A DNA stretch of 42,089 bases, from positions 1 to 42,089 of IMG/VR virus record IMGVR_UViG_3300048574_000397. One strand, 5' to 3'. The stretch comes from a virus. Lineage: Duplodnaviria; Caudoviricetes. Shown here one piece after another: positions 1 to 9,429 of the stretch. Within the stretch, counting starts at the first letter, position 1, and the number at the start of each line of letters is the position of its first letter. A program made the translations under genes and the position numbers. The notes beneath the pieces were generated by a model. That model was not told the DNA's origin. It did no database searches and saw only the letters and a list, made by a program, of their open reading frames with translations.

Positions 1-774
1 TCAGGCGCCGAGGGCGTGACGCATCTTGTCGAGGGCGCGCTGCCGAATCTTGTAGACGCTGCTCCGGTGCAGGGACAGCCGGCGGGCGATCTCGGCGTCG
101 GGGAGCGGCTCGTCGTCGTCCGTGTCGAACCCGTAGGCCAGGCCGACAACGGAGCGCTCGACGCCGTCGACTGCGTGAAACGCCTTACGCACGAGGTCGC
201 GCTCCTCGGAAGAGAGGCGCTCGCGGCGGGAGTACGGCGAGCGGGCGCCGGCCTCCCAAGCGCCGTGCTCGACGTTGTCGGCGAGGCGCTCGACGGAGTC
301 GACGGCGCTGGCCTCGCGGATGGCGCGGAAGACCTCACGACTCATGTGGTACAGCGGGGCGACCTGCTCGGCCTCGTCGAGGTTGCCGTCGGCCTCGGAG
401 ACGATGGACAGGTAGCGGCGCCACGTGGCGTTCGGGACCTTGATGCCGGCACGGATGGCCTGGGCCTCGTCGATGAGCGCGCGACGGACCTCGTCGCCGA
501 CGCGGGAGGACAGCCGGCCGACGCTCGGGTCGCTGACGGCGTTCCAGAGCCCGACGAGGACGGTCTGCCGGAGGTTGTCCTCGTCGCGGAGAGTGGGGCG
601 GAAGGCGGCGGCCAGGCGGCGCAGCATTGGGGCGTAAGCCTGAGCGATGCGGCCGAAGGCATCGGCGTCGCCGTCACGCGCCGCGGTGAGGAGTCGGGCC
701 TCCTCGTCGCGGGTCAGCGTGGCAACGGTGGGGGAGTAGTGGAACAGGCGGTCGAGGTTGCGGGTGGTGAACAT
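1..774 (-). CDS. Sigma-70-like RNA polymerase sigma factor / DNA-binding protein
   Basis: Region 1.2/2-like LTRDEEARLLTAARDGDADAFGRIAQAYAPML and region 4 HTH LPDAEIARRLSLHRSSVYKIRQRALDKMR. ATG at 774 follows GAGGAG. Confidence 0.85.
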   Translation of the reverse strand: MFTTRNLDRLFHYSPTVATLTRDEEARLLTAARDGDADAFGRIAQAYAPMLRRLAAAFRPTLRDEDNLRQTVLVGLWNAVSDPSVGRLSSRVGDEVRRALIDEAQAIRAGIKVPNATWRRYLSIVSEADGNLDEAEQVAPLYHMSREVFRAIREASAVDSVERLADNVEHGAWEAGARSPYSRRERLSSEERDLVRKAFHAVDGVERSVVGLAYGFDTDDDEPLPDAEIARRLSLHRSSVYKIRQRALDKMRHALGA

Positions 775-899
775 CGTGCGATCTCCTCTGTGCGTAAGAC
801 GTCGCACGCGGCGACGTCGCCGGGTCCGCGGGTGAAGTTCCGCGGCATCGGTATCAGGGTCGCTCCGTGCGACCTCTTACGCAAGAGGACACGCGCACG

Positions 900-1250
900 T
901 CACTCGTTCGGCCCAACGCCCTCCCACCGCTCGACGGCCGTGTCGACGTGCCGGGTGAGGCGGACGAGATAGGCGGCTTGCAGGCGCAGCGCCCGCATGG
1001 CCTCCTCGACGGCCTCGCGCACGGCCAGCCGGCGGACGTCGGTGACGGTGTCGAGGACCGGGTCGGAGGCGACGCCGCGGGACCGCTCGGCCGTGTCGGT
1101 GTGGGCGCGGAGGATCGGCGCCGGGAGCCACTGGACGTCATTGGCTCGGTCGAGCGCCTGAGCGAGATCGAGGGCTGCGGTGACGACGTCGCCGAGCGCC
1201 TCGCGCGCAGCCTGGGTGGTGGCAAGGGTGGTGGTCTTCGTGGTGGTCAT
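900..1250 (-). CDS. Conserved phage hypothetical protein (116 aa)
   Basis: C-terminal part of ORF 900..2174 starting MTTTKTT at 1250, right after the Pol I stop; phage-like codon usage. Confidence 0.7.
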   Translation of the reverse strand: MTTTKTTTLATTQAAREALGDVVTAALDLAQALDRANDVQWLPAPILRAHTDTAERSRGVASDPVLDTVTDVRRLAVREAVEEAMRALRLQAAYLVRLTRHVDTAVERWEGVGPNE

Positions 1251-1252
1251 CC

Positions 1253-3097
1253 TCAGTGAGCCTCCAACTCCGGCGGGCAGCCGTAGAGGCTGCCCCAGGA
1301 CCGCTTGCCGATCTCGGGGTCGGTGATGATCTCGACGCCGCGGAAGGTGGAGGACATGAGTCGAGCGATCTCGCTGGCGATCTCCTCGGCCTCGGCGGCG
1401 GGCGCCTCGGCGATGATCTCGTCGTGGATCGGCAGGAGCAGGTGGTCGCCGAGCCCGGCGTCGAAACAGTCGACGATGGCTTGGGCGAGGAGGTCGCGCG
1501 CCGTGCTCTGGACTACGTAGTTGGTAGCCGCGTACATGCGATCTCGGTCGAGGGGCAGGTGCCGGCCGCTCGGCGTGATGACCTCGCGGCGGCCGTACTC
1601 GGCGGCGCGCTGTAGTTGGCGGCTGTAGCGGCGGATGCCGGGGAAGGTCCGGTCGTAGGCGGCCATTGCCTCTTTGACGCGCTCGGCCGGGGCGCCGGTC
1701 TGGCGGACGACGGTGTCGACGCCGCCGCCGAAGACCTTGCCGAAGCCGATGGCCTTGGACACCTTGCGCTCGTGAGGCGTGAACTGAGGGCCGAAGACTC
1801 GCGTCGCCGTGAAGTCGTGCAGGTCGAGGCCGTCGGCGATAGCGCCCTTCATCGTGGGCTCGTCGGAGAGGGCGGCCAGGACGCGCATCTCGACGGCGCT
1901 GTAGTCGACCGAGATGACGACCTGGCCCGGCTCGGCGACGATGGCACGACGGATGCGCCAGTCGGACGAGGGGAGTTGTTGCAGCGGCGGCCGGGCCACG
2001 GACATGCGGGCGGTGCGGGCCTGCAAGGTGCCGATGGTCGGATGCACGCGGTCGTCGGCGTCGCGGAGGTCGAGGAACGCCTGCGCATAGGCCGTGGCCC
2101 ATTTCTCCGACCGCTTGGCGTGAAGCACAGCCTCGGCGAGCGGATTGGGCTCGCGGGCGCCGATGCGCTCCCAATCGCGGTCAAGGTCGGCCAGCGGCAG
2201 GAGGACGGCCTTGTCGACCTTGAGGAGCCCGGAGCCGGTGCGCTCGACGAGCGGCTCGCCCATCGCTGCGAGGGTCGCGCTCACCTGCTGCGTCGAGTTG
2301 ACGTTCGGGACGCCGAGGTCCGCGGCAATGGCACGGTAGCGGGCGGCGTCCTCGTCGAGGTCGTTGACGAGGCTCTCGGTGTAGTCGACGTCGAGCAGGA
2401 GCCCGCGGCGCTCCATCACGGCCGCGAGCGTCTGAAAGTGATGCTCGAAGGTCGAGAGGTCGCTCAGGCCGAGGCCGCCGATGACGGCGCGCAGTTCGTC
2501 GAACAGGCGCGTGACGAGGATGGTGTCGAGGCCGGCGTAGAGGACATAGGTCGGGTGGTCAATGGGGATGTGCGCCCAGCCGGTCGCCTTCGTCCAGCCC
2601 ATCGAGTTAAAGACCTTGGTGAGGCCCTCTTCGGTGTCGGGCGCGTCCGGGTCGACGTAGATGGCCGAGAGCGGCTTGAGTTTGAGGCCGGCGCCGCCCT
2701 CGCTCGTCTGCCGCGGGTCGACGAGATGGGCGAGGATGCGCGTGTCGAAGACGCGGGAGGCCAACTCTTCGAGCGTGACGCCGAGATGGTGGTCGACGAC
2801 CAGGAGGTCATAGGGCGCGTTGTGGGCGACGTAGTAGCGCGGTTGGCGCAGCGCGGCGGCGATGGCGTCGCCAAAGAGGTCGGCGCGCAGGACCCATGCC
2901 TCGGTCCGGTTGCCGAACTGTGCGAGGCGCAGTTCGTGGCCGGGGGTGAAGATGTCGAGGCCGGTCGTCTCGGTGTCGAAGCCGATCACCTTGTCGCCGC
3001 GGGCGAGGAAGTCCCAGAACCCGCGCAGGTCTTCGGGCCGCTCGGGGTAACGGACGACGATGTCCTCGCCGGCGATGCGGTGGCGGAACTCTAGCGT
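1253..3097 (-). CDS. DNA polymerase I (family A, with 3'-5' exonuclease); start uncertain, best RBS precedes ACG at 3097
   Basis: Exo I FDTETTG, Exo II AHNAPYD, Exo III YAGLD; ARTARMS; motif A DYSAVEMR, motif B RKVSKAIGFG, motif C PIHDEI. Confidence 0.93.
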   Translation of the reverse strand, partial: TLEFRHRIAGEDIVVRYPERPEDLRGFWDFLARGDKVIGFDTETTGLDIFTPGHELRLAQFGNRTEAWVLRADLFGDAIAAALRQPRYYVAHNAPYDLLVVDHHLGVTLEELASRVFDTRILAHLVDPRQTSEGGAGLKLKPLSAIYVDPDAPDTEEGLTKVFNSMGWTKATGWAHIPIDHPTYVLYAGLDTILVTRLFDELRAVIGGLGLSDLSTFEHHFQTLAAVMERRGLLLDVDYTESLVNDLDEDAARYRAIAADLGVPNVNSTQQVSATLAAMGEPLVERTGSGLLKVDKAVLLPLADLDRDWERIGAREPNPLAEAVLHAKRSEKWATAYAQAFLDLRDADDRVHPTIGTLQARTARMSVARPPLQQLPSSDWRIRRAIVAEPGQVVISVDYSAVEMRVLAALSDEPTMKGAIADGLDLHDFTATRVFGPQFTPHERKVSKAIGFGKVFGGGVDTVVRQTGAPAERVKEAMAAYDRTFPGIRRYSRQLQRAAEYGRREVITPSGRHLPLDRDRMYAATNYVVQSTARDLLAQAIVDCFDAGLGDHLLLPIHDEIIAEAPAAEAEEIASEIARLMSSTFRGVEIITDPEIGKRSWGSLYGCPPELEAH

Positions 3098-3189
3098 TGG
3101 GGATGCCCCTCTCTGGGCGTGCGTGGTAGCGCCCGGCAGGCACGGAGTCGAGTCGACGTGCCCGCCGGGCGTGGCTTCGTTGCGCGGGG

Positions 3190-5640
3190 TCAGACCTCGG
3201 TGAGGTCGGCGCCGGCATACGGGGAGGGGCTTGTAGGAGTAGCCGCTCCCGTGACAGGCGTGGTTGCCGTGACCGTCGCGTCGGCGTGGTCGCTGGGTCG
3301 GGCGCGCCGGAGGCCAACGAACATGCGCTCGCCGTGGGACTTGACGCGCTCGAAGCCGCGCTCCTCGACGGCGGCGTAGAACGCCCGCGAGGACCACTTG
3401 CGCAGGTCGCCGAAGTTCTCCTCGTCGGCCCACGCTTGGAAATCGTGGAACAGGGTGGTGGCCGGGACGCGGCCAGCCGGGTCGGGCAGGTATCGGCCGC
3501 CCTCGCCGATGAAGTCGCCGAGGACGTCGCTCTGCTCGCGGTAGCCGCGGACGGCAGCGCGAATGACGTCGGGGTCGCGCAGGCCGTCCCTGTACCACTC
3601 GCCGGCGCCGCGGACGGCCCACGCGAGGATGCCGGGCGCCTCGGCAACGAGGGCGTCGGAGAGGTACGGGTCGCGCTCGTCGGGGGCGAAGTACCGGACC
3701 CAGGGGACCAACTTGACGCGGCGCCAGAGGCCCTCGTCTTGGCCCCGGAACTGCGGCCGGTGGTTGGTGGCGAGCAGGAGCAGGAACGTCGGGCGGAACT
3801 CGAAGAACTCGCGGCGCATGAAGCGGGCTGAGATGAGGTCGTGGCCCGTGACGCGCTTGAGGACGGACTCGGCCATCGGCTTCCCGCGCTCGCCCTCGGC
3901 GGCCATGACGAGCCGGGCGCCCTTGAGGGCGGCAAGGTCGTTGGGGATGCCGCCGGTCGGACGCTCCTCGAAGGTCTGGAACGGGGTGGTGACGGTCAGT
4001 TCGCGGAAGACCTGGGTGAGGGTGTCGGTGAAGACGCTCTTACCGTTCGCACCGGTGCCCCAGAGGACGACGAAGCATTGCTCGCTCGTGTGGCCGGTGA
4101 TGCCGTAGCCGACGAGCCGGCGCATGTAGGCCGGGAGGTCGGGCTCGCCGGGGAAGACCTCGTCGAGGAAGCGGAGCCATCGGGGCGCCTCGGCCGTCGG
4201 ATCGAAGTCGAGGTCGACGCGGCGGGTGAGCATGAGCGAGGCGTCGTGCGGTCGGAGGGTGCCGGTGCGCAGGTCGACTACGCCGTTGCGGGTGGCGAGC
4301 AGGTCGGCGTGGCGGTCGAACTCGTCGGGGCTGGCAGGCACACCGCGGACGGCCTGCAACTCGCGGACCATCGCGTCGATGCCGCGGGAGGTCTGGGCGT
4401 GCTCGGCGTAGCGCCAGAACCGTCCGGCGCGGGCCTTGTCGGCGTCGCGGTTCGACTCGCGGTAGACGTCGAAGGCGGCGTCCGCGAGGGACTTGACGAG
4501 GTCGGCGACTTCCTGGGCGTAGGTGCGGACGGACTGTCGCTCGTCGGGGCGCCAGACGCCGCGGTCGAGTAGGTAGAAGCCCATCTCCTCGACGTAGCGG
4601 ACGCCGCTGCCGAGAGACTCGATGTAGTCGCGCAGGTAGCGGGCGGCGCCGAGGTCGGACAGGGCGTAGCGGTCCTCGTCCCAGGCGAGCAGGGCAGCGG
4701 CGCGGCTCTCGATCTCCGGGGTGTTGGTGACGAGGTCGCGCAGGGCGTCGGCGAAGTGGGCCGAGTCGTTCTCGCGCCAACTCGTCAGGTCGACGCCGTT
4801 GGGCAGGGGGAGCACCTTGACGCGGAGCCCGGAGTCGGCGAGCGCCTTGGACAGGGAGGTCGAGAACTTCCGGCCGGCCCCGTCGCCGTCGCCGGCGAGG
4901 ATGACGAGACGGTCGCCGACGAGGTCCGCGACCTCGGCCGCGACCGTTGGGCTCGTGAGGCTGGCGCCGCGGACGGCGATGGCGTCGTAGCCCGCGACGG
5001 CTGCGGTGAGCGCGTCGCCGGGGCCTTCGGTGATGAAGACCTGCGGCCAGTCGGTGCGGCTTGGGAAGTATCCGACCTTGGTCCATGCCCGGCCGCGCGG
5101 GGACCGCGGCCCTACCCAGCGGTGGTCAGGGTCGCCGTCGTCGAGCGAGCGCGCTTGGAAGCCGCGCGCGACGCCGTCGCGGTCACGGAACGGGACGACG
5201 AGGCGCGGGCCTCCCATGAGGTCATCTGCCAGGCCGAGGCCGAGGCGCTCGAAGTCGACGCGGTCGACGCCGAAACGCCGGCGGGCGTAGTCCTGGGCAG
5301 CCTGGGCGCTGTCGTGCTTGGCGGCGGCGACGTAGCGCGCCAGACGCCGGGTCAGGGTGGCGACGTCAGCGTCGGTGGCGGGCTCGTCGGTCGAGGCGGC
5401 CACGGGGACCGCAACGTCGTCGACCGTCATCGTCGTCAGGTCGTGCATGGTCAGGTCGAGCGCATCGAGCACGGCCTCCGTCTCGCAGCCGGCGCGACAC
5501 TTGAGGAGCACCTTGCCCGTCTTGCCGACGGCGACCCTCAGCGACGGATCGGTGTCGTCGTGCGCGGGGCAGCGCGCGAGGAAGCCGTCGGCGGTGCGCT
5601 CGACGGCGTCGAGCCGGCCGAGGAGGTCGGAGAGGTTCAT
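3190..5640 (-). CDS. DNA primase/helicase (Zn-binding + TOPRIM + D5/P4-type SF3 helicase)
   Basis: CPAHDD..PSL..CRAGC zinc motif; TOPRIM ITEGPGDA...DGD; Walker A GTGANGKS; KRVTGHDLISARFM; LATNHRP. Confidence 0.93.
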   Translation of the reverse strand: MNLSDLLGRLDAVERTADGFLARCPAHDDTDPSLRVAVGKTGKVLLKCRAGCETEAVLDALDLTMHDLTTMTVDDVAVPVAASTDEPATDADVATLTRRLARYVAAAKHDSAQAAQDYARRRFGVDRVDFERLGLGLADDLMGGPRLVVPFRDRDGVARGFQARSLDDGDPDHRWVGPRSPRGRAWTKVGYFPSRTDWPQVFITEGPGDALTAAVAGYDAIAVRGASLTSPTVAAEVADLVGDRLVILAGDGDGAGRKFSTSLSKALADSGLRVKVLPLPNGVDLTSWRENDSAHFADALRDLVTNTPEIESRAAALLAWDEDRYALSDLGAARYLRDYIESLGSGVRYVEEMGFYLLDRGVWRPDERQSVRTYAQEVADLVKSLADAAFDVYRESNRDADKARAGRFWRYAEHAQTSRGIDAMVRELQAVRGVPASPDEFDRHADLLATRNGVVDLRTGTLRPHDASLMLTRRVDLDFDPTAEAPRWLRFLDEVFPGEPDLPAYMRRLVGYGITGHTSEQCFVVLWGTGANGKSVFTDTLTQVFRELTVTTPFQTFEERPTGGIPNDLAALKGARLVMAAEGERGKPMAESVLKRVTGHDLISARFMRREFFEFRPTFLLLLATNHRPQFRGQDEGLWRRVKLVPWVRYFAPDERDPYLSDALVAEAPGILAWAVRGAGEWYRDGLRDPDVIRAAVRGYREQSDVLGDFIGEGGRYLPDPAGRVPATTLFHDFQAWADEENFGDLRKWSSRAFYAAVEERGFERVKSHGERMFVGLRRARPSDHADATVTATTPVTGAATPTSPSPYAGADLTEV

Positions 5641-5737
5641 CCTGTCCTCTTGGGGAACGTTTTACGGAAGGCGCTCTAGACTGCCGCCATGACCTTCGTC
5701 GAGGTCCCGTGTGACTGTGGGGAAGGCTGCCCCTGGG

Positions 5738-6220
5738 TCACTCGGGTCTACTCAGATGGGTCGTCGGTGCGGCGTCTGGGCTTGTCGGCCACGGGGCGCG
5801 GGAGTCTTCCTGCGTCCGTGCTCGGTGCTGTTCCGCGACTGTCGGATCAAGCGCCGCTAGGAGAGATTCCGCACGCCGCAGACGGAGCAGGAGACGCGCC
5901 CACGTCGCCAGGGTCGTCACGGCGTATGCCGAGCCGACCGGGCGGCGGGCTCGCTTGACGACGACGACGCCGTAGTCCTCGCCGGCGGTGACACGTTGCT
6001 CCTCGGCCCCATCGAGGCCGATGCGGATGGCGTCTTCCCAGGAACGCCAGTCTTTCGCCTGCACGATGAAGGGCGAGACACCGTGAATGTCGCCGGAGTC
6101 GCGCGCGCCAGTCGGGGCGGCGCGGTGCGGGTCGAGGCCGTACTGCCTGCCGAAGGCGGCTGACAGAGCGGTAACGACCTCGCGCTCCCAGCGGGTGCCC
6201 TTGGCCTTTTCGGCGGTCAT
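5738..6220 (-). CDS. Holliday junction resolvase (PD-(D/E)XK type)
   Basis: KAKGTRWEREV...DSGDIHG...IVQAK motif; position upstream of the primase. Confidence 0.8.
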   Translation of the reverse strand: MTAEKAKGTRWEREVVTALSAAFGRQYGLDPHRAAPTGARDSGDIHGVSPFIVQAKDWRSWEDAIRIGLDGAEEQRVTAGEDYGVVVVKRARRPVGSAYAVTTLATWARLLLRLRRAESLLAALDPTVAEQHRARTQEDSRAPWPTSPDAAPTTHLSRPE

Positions 6221-6609
6221 GCAGCGGCTCGGATGTACGGGACGATCTCGGCGTCGCCGAAGCCGACCCAGGTCTTGACGGCCGAGACCGGCATGCCGAC
6301 CGCGGTGGCGAAGGCGACCTCGGCGCGGGCACCGGGGGACGTGCGCCAGCGCGGCAGCGTGGCGATGCCGTCGACCTCGTGCGCCAGGATGTCGATGTCG
6401 TGGAACAGCGTCTCGCGGTAGCGGCCCTGGGTTGCCGGGCTTGGCGGCTGCTCGGGGTCGAAGCCGGCGGCGAGGTCGATCTCGTGCGGGGAGATCACGA
6501 CGAAGCCGTGACCGCGGAGCCTGGCCGTCGCGCGCTCGAAGGCGTCAAAGTTCCAGCGCGGCAGGCCCGTCATCGGGCCGGCGATGTAGAGGCGCATGCG
6601 CGGAGGCAT
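6217..6609 (-). CDS. Nucleoside 2-deoxyribosyltransferase-like (DUF4406-like) protein
   Basis: LYIAGPMTGLP..NF.AF...SP...W.TSPGARAE motif. Confidence 0.8.
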   Translation of the reverse strand: MPPRMRLYIAGPMTGLPRWNFDAFERATARLRGHGFVVISPHEIDLAAGFDPEQPPSPATQGRYRETLFHDIDILAHEVDGIATLPRWRTSPGARAEVAFATAVGMPVSAVKTWVGFGDAEIVPYIRAAA

Positions 6610-6638
6610 GGGCTCGCCTCCTCTCGGGGGTGAGACGA

Positions 6639-6683
6639 CGAAGGCCCCCGCCCCCGGCGCGGGGCGGGGACGGGGGCTCTTCG
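6639..6683 (-). terminator. GC-rich hairpin downstream of RDF, possible terminator
   Basis: Imperfect inverted repeat CGAAGGCCCCCG...CGGGGGCTCTTCG in the intergenic gap. Confidence 0.45.
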
Positions 6684-6690
6684 GGGTCTG

Positions 6691-7416
6691 TCAGAACGGA
6701 GGCTCGTCGGACGAGCCGCGCGGCTTGGCCGCGACGCCGGCCGCAAGGCCCTTGAGGCGGAGCGTCGGCTTCGTGTAGGACACCGTCTGGCCGGCGCGAG
6801 GGCCGCCCTTGGCGATGAACGACACGGGCTCAAGCGCGAGGGTCGCCTTGACCGGGCCGTCGGCGTCGATGAGGTCGGCCTCGACGTTGTTGTAGTCGAG
6901 GTCGCTGGCGAACGACCAGGACGACGACCGGAACTCGAAGACGCCGAGGTCGGGGTCGTCGGCGAGGCGGACGTCGACTCGGATGTCGGGCACGGGGCCG
7001 ATGCCCTGGCGGGCGCGTTCCTTGCGCTCGGCGAGGGTGAGGCTCGCGTCAGGGTCCGGGCTGCCGTCGTCCTTCGTCACGCCGTCGGTGCGGTAGATCG
7101 GCTTGCCGTTGCGGCCCCAGAGCACGAGGGACTCGTGCAGGGCCTCCGGGCCGTCGAGGATCACGTCGAGCGACGGGGCGTTCGTGAAGACTTCGAGGTT
7201 GTCCTCGCCGGTCGCTTCCCACTCCTGCGGGTCGCCGCCGTAGTGCGAGGCGATGAAGGCGGCGACGTCGGGGTCACCCGTGGTGACGCGCCACTCGGTA
7301 AGGGCGGCGGGTCGGCCGCCGATCTGATAGCCGGAGCGCAGGCGCCCGACGATGTCGTCGGCGAACGGCCGACGAGCGGGGGCGTCCTCGTGCTCAGGGA
7401 AGATGCGCAGGCCCAA
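6691..7416 (-). CDS. Recombination directionality factor (phiC31 gp3-like)
   Basis: DIVGRLRSGYQ...WRVTTGDP..A...RLADDPDLGVFEFRSSSW...YTKP pattern, position downstream of a Cas4-like exonuclease, and a serine integrase in the same genome. Confidence 0.75.
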   Translation of the reverse strand: MGLRIFPEHEDAPARRPFADDIVGRLRSGYQIGGRPAALTEWRVTTGDPDVAAFIASHYGGDPQEWEATGEDNLEVFTNAPSLDVILDGPEALHESLVLWGRNGKPIYRTDGVTKDDGSPDPDASLTLAERKERARQGIGPVPDIRVDVRLADDPDLGVFEFRSSSWSFASDLDYNNVEADLIDADGPVKATLALEPVSFIAKGGPRAGQTVSYTKPTLRLKGLAAGVAAKPRGSSDEPPF

Positions 7417-7501
7417 CGGGGCGCGCTCCTCTCAGTGTTCGTGTGCGTGCAGCGGGAGTCGCTGCGAGGGTGTAGCCGCTCCCGTCAATGACGGGGTTGC
7501 C

Positions 7502-7909
7502 TCAGCGGCGAGGCAGGACGAGCGCCGTCGAGGGCGCCGGCGGGATGCCGGGCGGGGCGCCGATGCGGGGGCCGGGCATGGAGGCCGACCGGCGCTTGCC
7601 GAGCGCGGCGTGTCCGAGGACGGTGGCGATCTTGCCGGAGCGTCGGGAGCCCATGTGCGGCAGGAGGTCGAGCATGATCTCCGCGGCGCGGGCGCCGCTT
7701 ACCTCGGTGTGCCAGGTGGCTTGTGCCGGCGCACCGTGCAGAGAGAGGCGGACCTGCGTGCCCATGATCGTCGCGGCGCGACCGATGGTGTCTCGGTCGG
7801 TCATGCCGATACGGATACGCGGGTAGCGCCCGCGGTGCAGGTCGAAGGTCGCCTCGCCCTCACAGAGGCCGGCGAGCCACAACAGGTCGTCGTGGTCGCC
7901 GTAGATCAC
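7502..7909 (-). CDS. Single-motif LAGLIDADG endonuclease-like protein
   Basis: WLAGLCEGEATF motif followed by PRIRIGMTD. GTG at 7909 overlaps the upstream TGA (GTGA). Confidence 0.75.
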   Translation of the reverse strand: MIYGDHDDLLWLAGLCEGEATFDLHRGRYPRIRIGMTDRDTIGRAATIMGTQVRLSLHGAPAQATWHTEVSGARAAEIMLDLLPHMGSRRSGKIATVLGHAALGKRRSASMPGPRIGAPPGIPPAPSTALVLPRR

Positions 7910-8724
7910 GCCGCGCGTCCCTTCCGGGGCGCCGGGGTGCGGCGGGATGGGCTCGGCCCACGGAGGCCGCCGACGGGGTCGCCGATGACGGTGGCCTTGC
8001 GCTCGCGGTCGTAGTCGAAGACCTTGCGGAGGGCGAGGAAGTCGTCGAAGACCTCGTCGTCGATCCGCACCGGGTAGACGCCCCACTCCTCAGGGCGAAT
8101 CCACACGCACGCGCCGGCCTCGGCGTGAGGCAGCGGGACGCGCGTCCCGTCCGGCCGGAGGATGTAGTCGGCGTGGGAGTAGGCCGCGAGTTGGAGGGCG
8201 ACCTCCTCGTGTACGCCGGAGCGCGTGGTCTTGTAGTCGATCCATGTGAGGTCGCCGTCGATGATGGCAAGGGCGTCGAACGAGCCGGCGTAGTCGTGTG
8301 TCTCCGACCAAACCGTCTCCTCCATGAAGAGGTACTCGGGAGAGAACTCGTCGATGAACTCGCCGAAGTGACGGACGAAGGGCTCGACGTCCGGCGGGAT
8401 GCGGCCGGCCGGCTCGCCCTTGGCGAGGCGCTCGAAGATGTCGTGAGCCGCGCCGCCGACGGTGGCGGCCCGGTAGGTATCGCGGTCGGGCGCCCGCTTG
8501 AGATGGTCGATGGCGGCCTCTCGGTCGCGGAGCGTCATCGTGACGATGGTGCCCAACTCGTCGACTGCGGTGGTGGCGACTTCCTTGGCTGCCCAATAAC
8601 GGAGGAACGGCTTGGGGAGCATGTCGAGAATGGACGTCACTCCGGGGGCCTTGGTGCCCGTCTCGGGGTTGACGTAAAAGCGCGATCCGCCACGCTTGAT
8701 CGTGCTTACCTTCGGGGTCGTCAA
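7906..8724 (-). CDS. Cas4-like / PD-(D/E)XK exonuclease
   Basis: PGVTSIL...G..AH...E...YAGSFD...IDYKT...QLAAY. TTG start after GAGGAGG. Confidence 0.85.
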   Translation of the reverse strand: MTTPKVSTIKRGGSRFYVNPETGTKAPGVTSILDMLPKPFLRYWAAKEVATTAVDELGTIVTMTLRDREAAIDHLKRAPDRDTYRAATVGGAAHDIFERLAKGEPAGRIPPDVEPFVRHFGEFIDEFSPEYLFMEETVWSETHDYAGSFDALAIIDGDLTWIDYKTTRSGVHEEVALQLAAYSHADYILRPDGTRVPLPHAEAGACVWIRPEEWGVYPVRIDDEVFDDFLALRKVFDYDRERKATVIGDPVGGLRGPSPSRRTPAPRKGRAA

Positions 8725-8795
8725 ATGACGGCCTCCTCTCTGTCTGAGCAGAGATGGAAGCCGCTCCGTACAATGGTGGCGTTGCCGCCGGAGGA

Positions 8796-9386
8796 TTAGC
8801 GGGAGCCGACTGCCGAGCGCAGCCGCTCGCGCTCCTCGACAACCGCGTCGAGCGCCTCGGAGACTGCCCGGCGCTTGGCCGGGGTCAGGCCGCCGAGGGC
8901 GTCGGCGGGAATGCGCGCGAGCACGGCGCGAGCGGTCTGCGCCGCCATTAGCATCGCGTTTGCGTCGAGGAGTGGGCCGCCGGTGAGGATGGCGAGCGTC
9001 TCCGACCTAGCCGCTCGGCGCGTTCGGGCGCGCTCAAGGGCGTCGGTGTGGCCGGTGAATCCGGCGTCCTCTAGTTCCTCGTGTGGGACTCGCCGGCGTA
9101 TGTAGTTGTTCGTGTGATATCTAATGGCGGCCTGCGCCGATGCCATCTCGTCACGCGGATAGCCGGCCTCGGCGTAGACTTCGTGAACAAAGTCACGAAA
9201 CGCCCCTGTTCGGCCTGACCAATCCGGGTCGCCCTTGGGCGTCGTGAAGTATTCGCGGATGTCAACGAGTGCCTCGGCTGCTCGGCGGCGCGCCGTGGTG
9301 CGAGTCTCGTCGGTCGCCGTGCGCGCTGTACGCAAGGCGTCGATGATCGTCGCTCTGAGTACCTCGAATGCTGGCGTGTGATCCAT
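8796..9386 (-). CDS. Putative immunity repressor (phiC31/BD-type), 196 aa
   Basis: Lies between dNMP kinase and Cas4-like exonuclease. Motif REYF...G.PDW.GR...R..V.E.Y..AG...AIRYH resembles my recollection of this repressor family. Start chosen at the internal ATG 9386. Confidence 0.55.
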   Translation of the reverse strand: MDHTPAFEVLRATIIDALRTARTATDETRTTARRRAAEALVDIREYFTTPKGDPDWSGRTGAFRDFVHEVYAEAGYPRDEMASAQAAIRYHTNNYIRRRVPHEELEDAGFTGHTDALERARTRRAARSETLAILTGGPLLDANAMLMAAQTARAVLARIPADALGGLTPAKRRAVSEALDAVVEERERLRSAVGSR

Positions 9387-9429
9387 GACGCCCAACCGTA
9401 ACAGAGCGGGGCGCCTAGCGTGAGCCGTC

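Noticed and set aside
3098-3622. 175-aa N-terminal extension of Pol I in the ORF track
   Set aside because: It overlaps the primase C-terminus, has Arg-rich shadow composition and spans a promoter motif and a hairpin.
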